Positions 55,726-64,000 of a stretch of DNA of 64,000 nt are shown in pieces; position 1 is the first letter of the stretch, and every line of letters starts with the position of its first letter. The stretch is from NCBI GenBank assembly GCA_016432425.1, contig CP066688.1, positions 578,619-642,618 of the forward strand, read 5' to 3'. The translations under genes were made by a program, and so were the position numbers. This stretch comes from Candidatus Daviesbacteria bacterium. Lineage in GTDB: Bacteria > Patescibacteriota > Microgenomatia > Daviesbacterales > UBA10151. The notes beneath the pieces were generated by a model. The model had not been told where the DNA came from and ran no database searches. It worked only from the letters and a program-made list of their open reading frames with translations.

Positions 55726-56715
55726 ATGGCTAAATGGATTAAAGAAAACAAGATTGCAGCAGGAATTATTGTTATTCTGATTGGAATTTTAGGCTTTGTT
55801 TATTTTGATAAAAACCCAAGTAAAATAGGTGATATTGGCAAGACTAGTCAATTAGCCCAAGAAAGTACTAGTTTTGGAGATAAGGTATTAAGTTTTAATT
55901 CATTAGATAAAGTAGAAAAGTTTGAGGATTTGACGAAATGGGGTTTAGTTGCACCAGAGCAATACAATCATACAGCTGGAAAAAACCTTATTATGTTAGC
56001 AATAAAGGCTAATGCCATCCAAAAAGGAGATTGGGTTACAGCACATGGATTATTGGGAACTAGTATGCTCGATGTAGATTTGCTAGACAGGGAAGGCTAT
56101 AAATCACTTTTCTCCTCTATGTTTACAATACAGGGATTTAAAATGTATGCCAGTAGTCTGAATACGGATATGGGATTACTAGTTGATATAGATGGGACTG
56201 TTAAACCCACAAAATCAATTATTGCCCAACGAGAAGGAATAATATATGCAGCTAGTAATGAACTAGAAGGAAGGTATGTATACAATGATGCTGGAAATTT
56301 TGGGAAAAATTATCTTCCTGAGCCCACCCGAAAAAGTAATGCCAAACTTAGTAAAATTCTACTAAATGGACTAAAAGTTTATAATCAGCTTAGAACAGCT
56401 GGTTTTGACGATAAAACCCTTAGGGACGCCCTATGTATTACCTATGCGTCTTTGGATTATGATAATGTTTCTGTAGATAGCACTGATATTTATTATCTTG
56501 GCTCTTTACAAGTATGTAAAGATGCTTTGAAAGCAACTCTCACGAAGTTAAACTCTGAAAAAGATAATAATTACAATTTTCTTCAGGAGCTTGGATGGGA
56601 GATGCAATCAAGAAGTCTTGCTTCTGGTGATGGGATACTAATTCCTGATGATGAAAAGAATTTTGAAGCAATGCTGAAAGTTATTGAGAAAGATTTAGAC
56701 TCAATAAAAAAGTGA
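55726..56715 (+). CDS. Hypothetical membrane-anchored extracytoplasmic protein
   Basis: N-terminal TM IAAGIIVILIGILGFVYF. 4-bp gap from the upstream gene. Confidence 0.4.
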   Translation: MAKWIKENKIAAGIIVILIGILGFVYFDKNPSKIGDIGKTSQLAQESTSFGDKVLSFNSLDKVEKFEDLTKWGLVAPEQYNHTAGKNLIMLAIKANAIQKGDWVTAHGLLGTSMLDVDLLDREGYKSLFSSMFTIQGFKMYASSLNTDMGLLVDIDGTVKPTKSIIAQREGIIYAASNELEGRYVYNDAGNFGKNYLPEPTRKSNAKLSKILLNGLKVYNQLRTAGFDDKTLRDALCITYASLDYDNVSVDSTDIYYLGSLQVCKDALKATLTKLNSEKDNNYNFLQELGWEMQSRSLASGDGILIPDDEKNFEAMLKVIEKDLDSIKK

Positions 56716-56738
56716 GTGATCTAATAGAATAGATAAAA

Positions 56739-56999
56739 ATGGACTTAAAAGAAATAATATTTAAGGATAAATGGTTTGTTTTGGTGATAGTTTTAATCGC
56801 CTTATTGTTTCTTTGGTTTGGAATTAGACCAGCGTATATCATATCCTCATGCCAAGGAGAAGCACGGAAGGCTGGAGTCGACTGGTGGCAGCTTGAGTTT
56901 ACCATGGTTTTAGAACCCCTAAAAAAATCTCAATTACAAACAGAATACATAGAAGACTATTATATCCGATGCCTACGTGATAAAGGTTTATCAGAGTAG
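56739..56999 (+). CDS. Hypothetical small membrane protein
   Basis: TM WFVLVIVLIALLFLWFGI, 86 aa. Confidence 0.35.
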   Translation: MDLKEIIFKDKWFVLVIVLIALLFLWFGIRPAYIISSCQGEARKAGVDWWQLEFTMVLEPLKKSQLQTEYIEDYYIRCLRDKGLSE

Positions 57000-57249
57000 A
57001 GATACATTTAATGGCGAAGCTAAATAGAGGGGGGTTAATGCCTAAAATCCAAGTTTTCGGAGTCGGTTGAGGCTAATAAGTTGATAAAAGTTGAGTTTTC
57101 CGACATATTCCCACAAATTCATGCAATCCCTATAAAAGAGCACTTTCCGAAGCTAGTTTAAGAGTTTTCCGCCACCTTTAAAAAGAGTATAATTTAGCCA
57201 GATTTCATGGAGATTAAGGTATGAACCACAAAATTTCCAGTTTTCCAGT

Positions 57250-57885
57250 ATGACCGCAACAAAAGTTACATATTATAAAGATTTATCGAATGAAGACGAG
57301 AAAGAGCTAGTGTTATGGTTAGCATATTTTGAAGAATCTGTAAATAATTCGTTAACTCAAAAGCGTCGATGGAAAAGAAACATGGATAATTGGGATTTAC
57401 AAATGTTTTTTGTTGCAGTTAGATGTATTTATGAAGCAACAGAAGGTTTAATGAACTTGAGATTTTTTTGTAACAATGAGCCTGGAATATGGAAAGCAAT
57501 GAGTAGTTTTCGAAGGTATTTTGATGGAACGAGCTTAAAAGATCTGCGTGATGAAAGTATCCATAGAGATCAGTTGTATAACCGAAAGAGTAAACAAAAA
57601 AGACCTCTTCAAGTAGGAAGCTTAATTATTTTAGGAGGTCTAATAGTAAATTCTAACGAATACGTTTATCAAAATGGAGTTCACAAGATAAAAGTTTTAG
57701 AAACTTTCCAGATAATAGAAGCTTTAGCAAGGGAAATCCGATTAGCATTAGATAAGAGAATCAAAAAAAATCCTGATCCTATGACATATAACAAGGGAAT
57801 GATTCCATGGATGGATCTAAGGAGTTTTATTAGAAGAAAGAGAAGACATCAATTTTCTAAAGATCTGCTAAAATATGGGGTATGA
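57250..57885 (+). CDS. Hypothetical protein with an R-x4-H (HEPN-like) motif
   Basis: 211 aa, LRDESIHRD. 4-bp overlap with ychF. Preceded by a 250-bp intergenic region with a repeated AGTTTTCCG motif. Confidence 0.35.
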   Translation: MTATKVTYYKDLSNEDEKELVLWLAYFEESVNNSLTQKRRWKRNMDNWDLQMFFVAVRCIYEATEGLMNLRFFCNNEPGIWKAMSSFRRYFDGTSLKDLRDESIHRDQLYNRKSKQKRPLQVGSLIILGGLIVNSNEYVYQNGVHKIKVLETFQIIEALAREIRLALDKRIKKNPDPMTYNKGMIPWMDLRSFIRRKRRHQFSKDLLKYGV

Positions 57886-59039
57886 GTTTACGAGTAGGAA
57901 TAGTTGGGTTACCAAACGTAGGGAAAAGCACGCTGTTTAATGCTCTTTTAAAAAAAAGAGTTGCTTTGTCTGCCAATTATCCTTTTGCCACAGTGGAACC
58001 AAATGTGGGAGTAGTGGCAGTGCCAGATGAGAGATTGACTAAACTGGCAGAGCTGGTAGCTTTGGAAGAAACTGGCGAAAAAGTGGATCCTTCGACCGGT
58101 TCGACTACGCTCACCACAAATACGCTCAGGACTTCACGACCGCCGGTAGTACCGGCAGTCGTTCAGTTTGTAGATATTGCCGGACTGGTTAAGGGAGCCT
58201 CGGTAGGGGAAGGCTTGGGAAATCAATTTCTGTCTCATATTAGAGAAGTAGATGCTCTCATCCATGTACTGAGAGATTTTACAGATGAAAATATAGTGCG
58301 TGCTGGATCAGAAAATCCGGAATCAGATAAAGCTACCATTGAAACAGAACTGATTCTGGCAGATCTGCAAACGCTTGATAAGTTAATTGTAGCTCAAGAA
58401 AAAGAAGCAAAGGTTTCAAAGGACAGTTTGGAAACACAAAAATTACAGATCCTGAAACAAATTGCTGATGACTTAAATGCTGGAAAAAGTATTGCACGAT
58501 TTACGATTGATGATGAACAATTAACGAATTGGTTTAAAACTTTGCCCCTTCTTTCTATTAAGCCAGTATTATATGTTTACAATGTAGATGAGGAAGAATA
58601 TGGACAAACATATCACGGCCGTGTAATAAATGTCCAAGAAAACAGTTTGTTTATATGTGCCAAATTAGAGGAAGAATTGGCTGATTTGTCTGAGCAAGAA
58701 AGAAAAGATTATTTAAAAGAGCTGGGAATTGAGGAGACTGGGTTGGAGAGGTTAATTAAGAAAGCATACGCTTTACTGGATTTAATTTCTTTTTTAACAG
58801 CAGGCAAAAAGGAAGTTAGAGCTTGGACTATTAAAGAGGGTACCAAAGCTGCCCAAGCTGCCGGGGTCATCCACAGCGATTTTGAGAAAAATTTTATCAG
58901 GGCAGAAGTGGTGGAGTATGAAAAATTAATTGAAGCAGGATCCCATGTAGCTGCAAAACAGAAAGGCTGGATGAAAATTGAGGGTAAAGATTATATTATG
59001 AGGGATGGTGATGTGGTGGAATTCCTAGTAGGCAGTTAA
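57882..59039 (+). CDS. ychF: Ribosome-binding ATPase YchF (Obg-like GTPase family)
   Basis: G1 GIVGLPNVGKSTLFNAL and a YchF-specific NVGVV. C-terminal TGS domain (FIRAEVV...KDYIMRDGDVVEF). Confidence 0.9.
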   Translation: MSLRVGIVGLPNVGKSTLFNALLKKRVALSANYPFATVEPNVGVVAVPDERLTKLAELVALEETGEKVDPSTGSTTLTTNTLRTSRPPVVPAVVQFVDIAGLVKGASVGEGLGNQFLSHIREVDALIHVLRDFTDENIVRAGSENPESDKATIETELILADLQTLDKLIVAQEKEAKVSKDSLETQKLQILKQIADDLNAGKSIARFTIDDEQLTNWFKTLPLLSIKPVLYVYNVDEEEYGQTYHGRVINVQENSLFICAKLEEELADLSEQERKDYLKELGIEETGLERLIKKAYALLDLISFLTAGKKEVRAWTIKEGTKAAQAAGVIHSDFEKNFIRAEVVEYEKLIEAGSHVAAKQKGWMKIEGKDYIMRDGDVVEFLVGS

Positions 59040-59043
59040 GCTT

Positions 59044-59421
59044 TTAGTCCACAACCCAAGCCATTTTGGCCCGTTGTAAAATTCTATTTTGAGGTTCAGC
59101 TTTAGCTGCTTGCACCAGTGTCTTTTCAAAATCCACTCTCAGTTCTTCTAATCCAGGCGTTTCAGTTAAAACATCTCTAAAATAGCGTACAGGATTATAT
59201 CTTCCCAAATCAAAAAATTGTCCTAGTTGACGCAAATTAGGATTTTTCTCCCAAGTCATTATTTGTATCAAAGCTTCTTTGGCAGTTAAGGGGTAACCTG
59301 CTAACCCGTTTAAAATATGAACCTCTACCCTGAATTCCATCAACAGTGGTTTGACGCGTGGACCGTGTACCCTAACTAAATGGTCCTCCAGACTTATTGG
59401 TTCTTGATCTAATTTTAACAT
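59044..59421 (-). CDS. Hypothetical protein
   Basis: 125-aa ORF co-directional with and downstream of the 59911 HTH gene. Confidence 0.35.
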   Translation of the reverse strand: MLKLDQEPISLEDHLVRVHGPRVKPLLMEFRVEVHILNGLAGYPLTAKEALIQIMTWEKNPNLRQLGQFFDLGRYNPVRYFRDVLTETPGLEELRVDFEKTLVQAAKAEPQNRILQRAKMAWVVD

Positions 59422-59473
59422 AATAAAATTTTATCATAGAAGCCTATAGTTGTCAAGTAAATATTATTTTGTC

Positions 59474-59911
59474 TCATTCTTCCAGCAGGCGAAGATACTT
59501 TCTGATTGTTTTTGGGCTTCTACCTAATCTAAGTGCAATCTGTCCAGTATTTAACCCTTCCTGATCTCTTAATCTGGCTGCTTCCCTAGTAACTGCCTGC
59601 ACAGTCTTATTAGGCAGCTGTCTATCAGATTTAGCAGGTGGTAGGAGTGATTGAAGTGCTTTTCTTCCCACATTCATGGCAGCATACATACGCAGTTGTG
59701 CATCTTCAAAACCAAGATTAAGCTGTCTTAACCTGTCTAGTTCTTGTTCAAACTTTGCCTGGTGTTCCGATTTTAAGCCCTCTTGGATCATCGGTAAAGC
59801 AATTTGTCGATATAAGCCTTCTTCTTTAAGCAAGTTGATAATAGAAGTAGGTGGTTGCAGGGGGCCTTCATTTAAATTAGGATTACTCGGTCGAGGAGAA
59901 TCTTTTTCCAT
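59474..59911 (-). CDS. Hypothetical protein with a C-terminal HTH-like segment
   Basis: NTGQIALRLGRSPKTIRKYLRLLEE resembles a sigma-region-4/Hin-type HTH. Confidence 0.4.
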   Translation of the reverse strand: MEKDSPRPSNPNLNEGPLQPPTSIINLLKEEGLYRQIALPMIQEGLKSEHQAKFEQELDRLRQLNLGFEDAQLRMYAAMNVGRKALQSLLPPAKSDRQLPNKTVQAVTREAARLRDQEGLNTGQIALRLGRSPKTIRKYLRLLEE

Positions 59912-59925
59912 AAAAATATATTATA

Positions 59926-59945
59926 ACACTATAATCCTATAGTGT
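59926..59945. promoter_or_regulatory. 20-bp perfect palindrome ACACTATA-ATCC-TATAGTGT containing a TATAAT hexamer, in the divergent region between the HTH gene and rpsF
   Basis: Read directly. 8-bp arms are exact reverse complements. TATAAT at 59930-59935. Confidence 0.45.
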
Positions 59946-59994
59946 CAAAGGCAGATTGCATTTAGAAGTGTTTTTTTGTAAAATGCTTTAGTTT

Positions 59995-60264
59995 ATGAAT
60001 TCATATTTATTAACTTTGGTTTTAAAATCGGATTTAGAAGATCAAGCGCGTCAAACGCTTCTGGCTGATGTGAAGAAAAAAATGTCCAAGGTAGTTAAAG
60101 AGGATTTATGGGGAGAAAGAAGTTTAGCCTATCCCATTAAAAAACAGTCTAAAGGGTACTTTATTCATTTTGAATTTGAGACAGAGCCCAAAGAGGCTGT
60201 GGATCTTGACAAAAGTTTAAAAGTAGAAGAAGATATCCTCAGATACTTATTGGTGAGAGCTTAA
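59995..60264 (+). CDS. rpsF: 30S ribosomal protein S6
   Basis: 89 aa. WGERSLAYPIKKQSKGYFIHFEF matches S6. Confidence 0.85.
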   Translation: MNSYLLTLVLKSDLEDQARQTLLADVKKKMSKVVKEDLWGERSLAYPIKKQSKGYFIHFEFETEPKEAVDLDKSLKVEEDILRYLLVRA

Positions 60265-60271
60265 GAAATAA

Positions 60272-60817
60272 ATGGCTAGTAGATCTTGGAATAGAGTAGA
60301 ATTAATAGGTAATTTAACCAGGGACCCCGAGCTTCGATATACCCCCAATGGTGCAGCTGTAGCAACTTTTGGTATCGCCACCAACCGTTCTTATTTAGTG
60401 GATGGAGAAAGAAAAGAAGAGGTAGATTTTCACCGCTTGGTAGCTTGGAATAAATTGGCTGAGCTTTGTAATCAACTTTTAAAAAAAGGAAACCGGGTAT
60501 TTGTTTCCGGCAGACTGCAAAATCGCAGCTGGGAAGGTGCTGATGGGGTTGCGAAAAATATCACTGAAATTGTGGTAGAAGATATGATAGTTTTGTCACC
60601 AAAAACTGAAGGGATGGTGGTGGCTGCAGAGCCTGTGGAAGATATCTCTCCTGCAGAAGAAGTTTCTGCGCCAGCTCCAGCAGCTACTGCAGCTAGTCAG
60701 GAAGAAGCAGCAGCAGAAGAAAAAGAGCCTGTCAAAGCTCCGCCATCTAAAAAAGCAGAGCCAGTTCCTCCCAAAGAAGATGTCTCAGATAAAGATTTAG
60801 ACGACTTACCATTCTAA
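60272..60817 (+). CDS. ssb: Single-stranded DNA-binding protein
   Basis: OB-fold NRVELIGNLTRDPELRYTPNGAAVA. Acidic C-terminal tail ending DDLPF. Confidence 0.9.
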   Translation: MASRSWNRVELIGNLTRDPELRYTPNGAAVATFGIATNRSYLVDGERKEEVDFHRLVAWNKLAELCNQLLKKGNRVFVSGRLQNRSWEGADGVAKNITEIVVEDMIVLSPKTEGMVVAAEPVEDISPAEEVSAPAPAATAASQEEAAAEEKEPVKAPPSKKAEPVPPKEDVSDKDLDDLPF

Positions 60818-60888
60818 TTATCTTAGCCATTTCCACCTCTATCATTTAAATATTGAATAGAAACACAACCTAGTATATAATTCTTTTT

Positions 60889-61116
60889 ATGGCTAGAGAA
60901 ATTGTCAGCAGAACAAAAAAAGTTTGCCTTTTTTGTAAGGAAAAAAAAGTTCCTACTTATACAGATAGTGTGGCCTTAAAAAGGTATCTATCTGATCGGG
61001 GGAGAATTGTACCCAAACTCCGGAGTGGAGTTTGCAGCAAACACCAAAGAGGAGTGTCTCGAGAAATTAAACGAGCTCGACATTTAGCACTGTTACCATT
61101 TGTGGTAAAAATATAA
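60889..61116 (+). CDS. rpsR: 30S ribosomal protein S18
   Basis: CLFCKEK..YTD...LKRYLSDRGRIVP...G.C.KHQR.....IKRARHLALLPF. Confidence 0.9.
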   Translation: MAREIVSRTKKVCLFCKEKKVPTYTDSVALKRYLSDRGRIVPKLRSGVCSKHQRGVSREIKRARHLALLPFVVKI

Positions 61117-61179
61117 TTTTCGGGCATTGTAGGAAATCCCCCTTGGCGTATCTAAAGTAAAAGGTGTAATATTAACTTT

Positions 61180-62424
61180 ATGCAGATGCAAATTTTCGGC
61201 AAAAAATTCCAATTGCTGACTGTTTTTCTGGTTGCTGTATTAATTTTTGTTGTAGGGTTTAGTTTAGGCCAAGCTTCTCAAATTAATTTGCGGACCATCC
61301 CGCCCACAGTTAAATTTGTTAATCAAACTCCTCCCCAAGAAGTAACTGTAGATTTTAAACTGTTTTGGGATACCTGGACTCTTTTGAACCAACAATATTT
61401 TGATAAAATTGCCTTAGATCCTCAAAAAATGTTTTATGGAGCCATCCAGGGAATGGTATCTGGAGTGGGTGATCCCTATACTGTTTTTTTGCCCCCCACC
61501 CAACAAAAAAATTCCAAAGAAGAGTTGGGAGGGGCTTTTGAGGGAGTGGGGATTGAGTTGGGGTTTAATAAAGATAAACAATTGGTGGTGATTGCGCCTT
61601 TATCCGGTACTCCGGCTGAGAAGGCAGGTATTTTAGCGGGTGATTTAATCGTTAAAATTGATGGTAAAGAAGCTACCGCCTTGAGTGTACCAGATGCAGT
61701 CAAGTTGATCCGGGGCCAGAGAGGTACTGCAGTTGCCCTAACTATTTTCCGTAGCGGAGAAAACGATACCAGAGATATTAAAATTACCAGAGATACTATT
61801 ATAGTTAAAAGTGTGGAGGTTAAATATGTTGACAGTCCGGAAAAGAAAAAAATTGCCGTCATTAAACTATCCCGTTTTGGAGAGAGGACTAATACGGAGT
61901 GGGATTTGGCAGTGAGTGATATTTTAAGTAACAATGTGGTCGGAATAGTACTGGATGTGAGAAACAATCCGGGAGGACTGTTGGACGGGGCTGTTTATAT
62001 TACCTCAGAATTTTTAAAAGAGGGGGTAGTAGTGATCCAAGAAAGCAATAACGGCGCTAAAGTGCCTGCTGCAGTTAACCGATCAGCTAAAATTCCCCAA
62101 ACACCAATGGTAGTTTTAATTAACAAAGGTTCAGCCTCTGCTTCTGAGATTGTCGCTGGGGCCCTGCAAGACCACGGCCGTGCCAAACTAATTGGTGAAC
62201 AATCTTTTGGTAAAGGGACTATCCAGGAGGCAGAGGATTTGCCAAAGGGTACGGGAATTCATATTACCATTGCCAGGTGGCTCACCCCTGATGGCCGTTG
62301 GGTTAATGACTTAGGAGGTTTAAAACCAGACGTGGAAGTAAAAATTGATCCAGATGCGCGAGCTAAAAATCCCACTGATGATCCACAATTGAAAAAAGCT
62401 TTGGAAGTTTTGGACCAATTTTAA
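61180..62424 (+). CDS. ctpA: Carboxyl-terminal processing protease (S41 family) with a PDZ domain
   Basis: PDZ (GDLIVKIDG), catalytic Ser region GSASASEIVAGALQD, and Lys (GEQSFGKGT). Confidence 0.85.
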   Translation: MQMQIFGKKFQLLTVFLVAVLIFVVGFSLGQASQINLRTIPPTVKFVNQTPPQEVTVDFKLFWDTWTLLNQQYFDKIALDPQKMFYGAIQGMVSGVGDPYTVFLPPTQQKNSKEELGGAFEGVGIELGFNKDKQLVVIAPLSGTPAEKAGILAGDLIVKIDGKEATALSVPDAVKLIRGQRGTAVALTIFRSGENDTRDIKITRDTIIVKSVEVKYVDSPEKKKIAVIKLSRFGERTNTEWDLAVSDILSNNVVGIVLDVRNNPGGLLDGAVYITSEFLKEGVVVIQESNNGAKVPAAVNRSAKIPQTPMVVLINKGSASASEIVAGALQDHGRAKLIGEQSFGKGTIQEAEDLPKGTGIHITIARWLTPDGRWVNDLGGLKPDVEVKIDPDARAKNPTDDPQLKKALEVLDQF

Positions 62425-63564
62425 ATGGATAAAGAAATGGATAAAGCTGCGATTAAAAAACCAAATCTTGATTTAGCCAATATTTTTATTGCCGTGACTT
62501 TGGGGATTTTAGCAGCGGTAGGTTTATACCAAGCTCAAATCAGAGGACTACTGCCTTTTGGCGGTTTTAAAATTCCGGCAGTGGTGAACACTGAAACCAG
62601 GACGCTGGTACAAGAAGAAGATGCAGTAATTTCAGCTGTGGAAAAAGCTTCTTCTTCGGTAGTGGCAATTGGAATTTCTACCAAAGTGATTAATCCTTTT
62701 AACCCTTTTGCTCCCTCCCGCAGTCAGGATAATACCATCGGCACCGGTTTTGTTATTTCCGACAAAGCTATCATTGTCACTAACAAACATGTGGTGTCCG
62801 GAGCTGGCCCCTATACTGTGATTACTAAAGATGGGCAAAAATATGAGGTGACCAGAGTATACCGCGACCCGATTTTAGATTTGGCTTTTGTCCAAATTAA
62901 TGCCCAGGGTTTGAAAGCGGTTGAACTGGGGGATTCTTCCAAACTAAAAGTGGGTCAAACTGTTATTGCCATTGGCAATGCCTTGGGTAGGTTTACCAAC
63001 AGTGTTACCACTGGGGTAGTTTCCGGTTTAGGGCGCAAGGTAGTGGCTGGTGATCCATTTTCTGGGGCAACGGAGAGTTTGGATAATTTAATTCAAACTG
63101 ATGCAGCGATTAATCCCGGTAATTCTGGAGGGCCGCTGTTAAATTCTAAAGGCCAGGTGATTGGGGTAAATGTGGCCACCACCGAAGGGGCCCAAAATAT
63201 TGGTTTTGCCATTCCCATGAATACAGTTAAGCCAATTATGGAAGAATTTTTACAAAAAGGTTCTGTTTCCCGGCCCTTCTTGGGAGTACAGTATAAATTT
63301 ATTAGTAGGGATGTAGCTTTATTAAATGATGTTCCCCAGGGAGTTTATGTCCAAGATGTAGTACTTGGAGGTCCTGCTGAAAAAGCGGGAGTAAAATCCG
63401 GGGATATTATTACCAAAATTAATAACCAAGCAATTGATAATGAAAGTAAACTGGCAGAGATTGTGGCCGGTTCCAATATTGGAGCCAAATTAGAATTAAC
63501 TGTATACCGGGATGGTAGGGAAATTAAAGTTACGGCTACTTTGTCTGATTTACCGGCCCAGTGA
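62425..63564 (+). CDS. htrA: HtrA/DegP-family serine protease (S1C) with a C-terminal PDZ domain
   Basis: Catalytic triad context (TNKHVV; D in DLAFV; GNSGGPLLN). PDZ GDIITKINNQAI. Confidence 0.85.
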   Translation: MDKEMDKAAIKKPNLDLANIFIAVTLGILAAVGLYQAQIRGLLPFGGFKIPAVVNTETRTLVQEEDAVISAVEKASSSVVAIGISTKVINPFNPFAPSRSQDNTIGTGFVISDKAIIVTNKHVVSGAGPYTVITKDGQKYEVTRVYRDPILDLAFVQINAQGLKAVELGDSSKLKVGQTVIAIGNALGRFTNSVTTGVVSGLGRKVVAGDPFSGATESLDNLIQTDAAINPGNSGGPLLNSKGQVIGVNVATTEGAQNIGFAIPMNTVKPIMEEFLQKGSVSRPFLGVQYKFISRDVALLNDVPQGVYVQDVVLGGPAEKAGVKSGDIITKINNQAIDNESKLAEIVAGSNIGAKLELTVYRDGREIKVTATLSDLPAQ

Positions 63565-64000
63565 TTTTCAAAATCCGCTGTTTGTGAGCCAGGTCGGTTT
63601 TGACAGCTACTTGATACTCAGGAAAATATTTTTGAGCCTCACTCATTGCCAATTCCCCGTGAGTATAATCAATCTCACAGATGATAAATTTGGGCTGCAA
63701 CTCCGGGAGTTGCCGACTAGATTGCTGGTTTATTTGGAAAAATAATTTTCGATACAACTCAAAACCATCTTTACCGCCGTCGAGCGCTACATGTGGTTCA
63801 AAATCTTTAACAGAGGAATCCAGATAGGGAATTCTGGCTGAGGGAATATAGGGCAGATTAGTCACGATAATATCAAGTGGAAACATTTTAAACGATCGCA
63901 TTTTTTGTTTCCCAATAGAAGAAAGCAAGTCGCTTTGGATAAAAGTTATTTTATCTAAAACTCCGTGAAGTTTGGCATTTTGCTTGGCTACTTTTAAAGC
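63536..64000 (-). CDS. prmC: Release-factor glutamine methyltransferase PrmC/HemK, C-terminal part. The ORF stays open past the window edge, so the 5' end is not in the window.
   Basis: NPPY-type motif VTNLPYIPS and ALDGGKDGFELYRKLF. The minus-strand reading frame has no stop between 63928 and 64000. Confidence 0.7.
   Translation of the reverse strand, partial: ALKVAKQNAKLHGVLDKITFIQSDLLSSIGKQKMRSFKMFPLDIIVTNLPYIPSARIPYLDSSVKDFEPHVALDGGKDGFELYRKLFFQINQQSSRQLPELQPKFIICEIDYTHGELAMSEAQKYFPEYQVAVKTDLAHKQRILKITGPVNQTK

Noticed and set aside
1-64000. CRISPR arrays, rRNA and tRNA genes
   Set aside because: No regularly spaced direct repeats were seen. No intergenic region shows a tRNA-like cloverleaf with a GGTTCGAATCC-type T-loop or an rRNA-like conserved block. 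All larger spacers were inspected by eye.
1-64000. CGATCG-containing sites as a general over-represented motif
   Set aside because: The bare hexamer is expected about 8 times in 64 kb at this base composition. Only the extended 10-14-bp palindromes in promoter positions (3973, 4514, 25283, 17664) are treated as meaningful.

Overview
The window reads as a compact, AT-rich genome of about 38-40% GC by eye. Genes are short, tightly packed and often overlap. The content is mostly housekeeping with reduced metabolism, and the style resembles Candidate Phyla Radiation/Patescibacteria-like bacteria; that assignment is an inference. No rRNA, tRNA or CRISPR array was found.

Core genes recognised from motifs, in order: pyrE; mreC-mreD-PBP2; dprA; topA; pyrG-dcd-tmk plus an unusual tandem ThyX-like gene; rpsB-tsf-frr with no pyrH; rseP; proS; tig; rpsU; yqeY; ybeY; dnaX; glyA-folD; ybaB-recR; two M16 peptidases; a Fic-family protein; cysS; uppP; malic enzyme; a membrane protein fused to an FNR-like domain; a cupredoxin; a phosphoribosyltransferase; a rhomboid protease; glutamate dehydrogenase; an Lpd-like oxidoreductase; ychF; rpsF-ssb-rpsR; ctpA; htrA; and a prmC fragment running off the window edge.

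Accessory or unusual content:
- A winged-helix regulator with a Cas2-like C-terminus, with a 14-bp perfect palindrome operator that recurs at the dprA promoter.
- A Doc toxin with a 43-aa overlapping upstream ORF not in the ORF track.
- A 3.2-kb segment bracketed by 22-bp perfect direct repeats that carries an IS200-like transposase remnant with hairpins, TspO, and GC-richer secreted proteins, one of them Cys-rich.
- A baeRF/Host_attach-like protein in a cluster with two orphans, one of which shares a 35-bp near-identical in-frame segment with ychF.
- A thiol-disulfide/redox cluster: ArsR, thioredoxin-like protein, CcdA fused to DUF3179, GDH, glutaredoxin-like protein, a zinc-ribbon peptide, and Lpd-like oxidoreductase.
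- Several perfect palindromes sitting in promoter regions.
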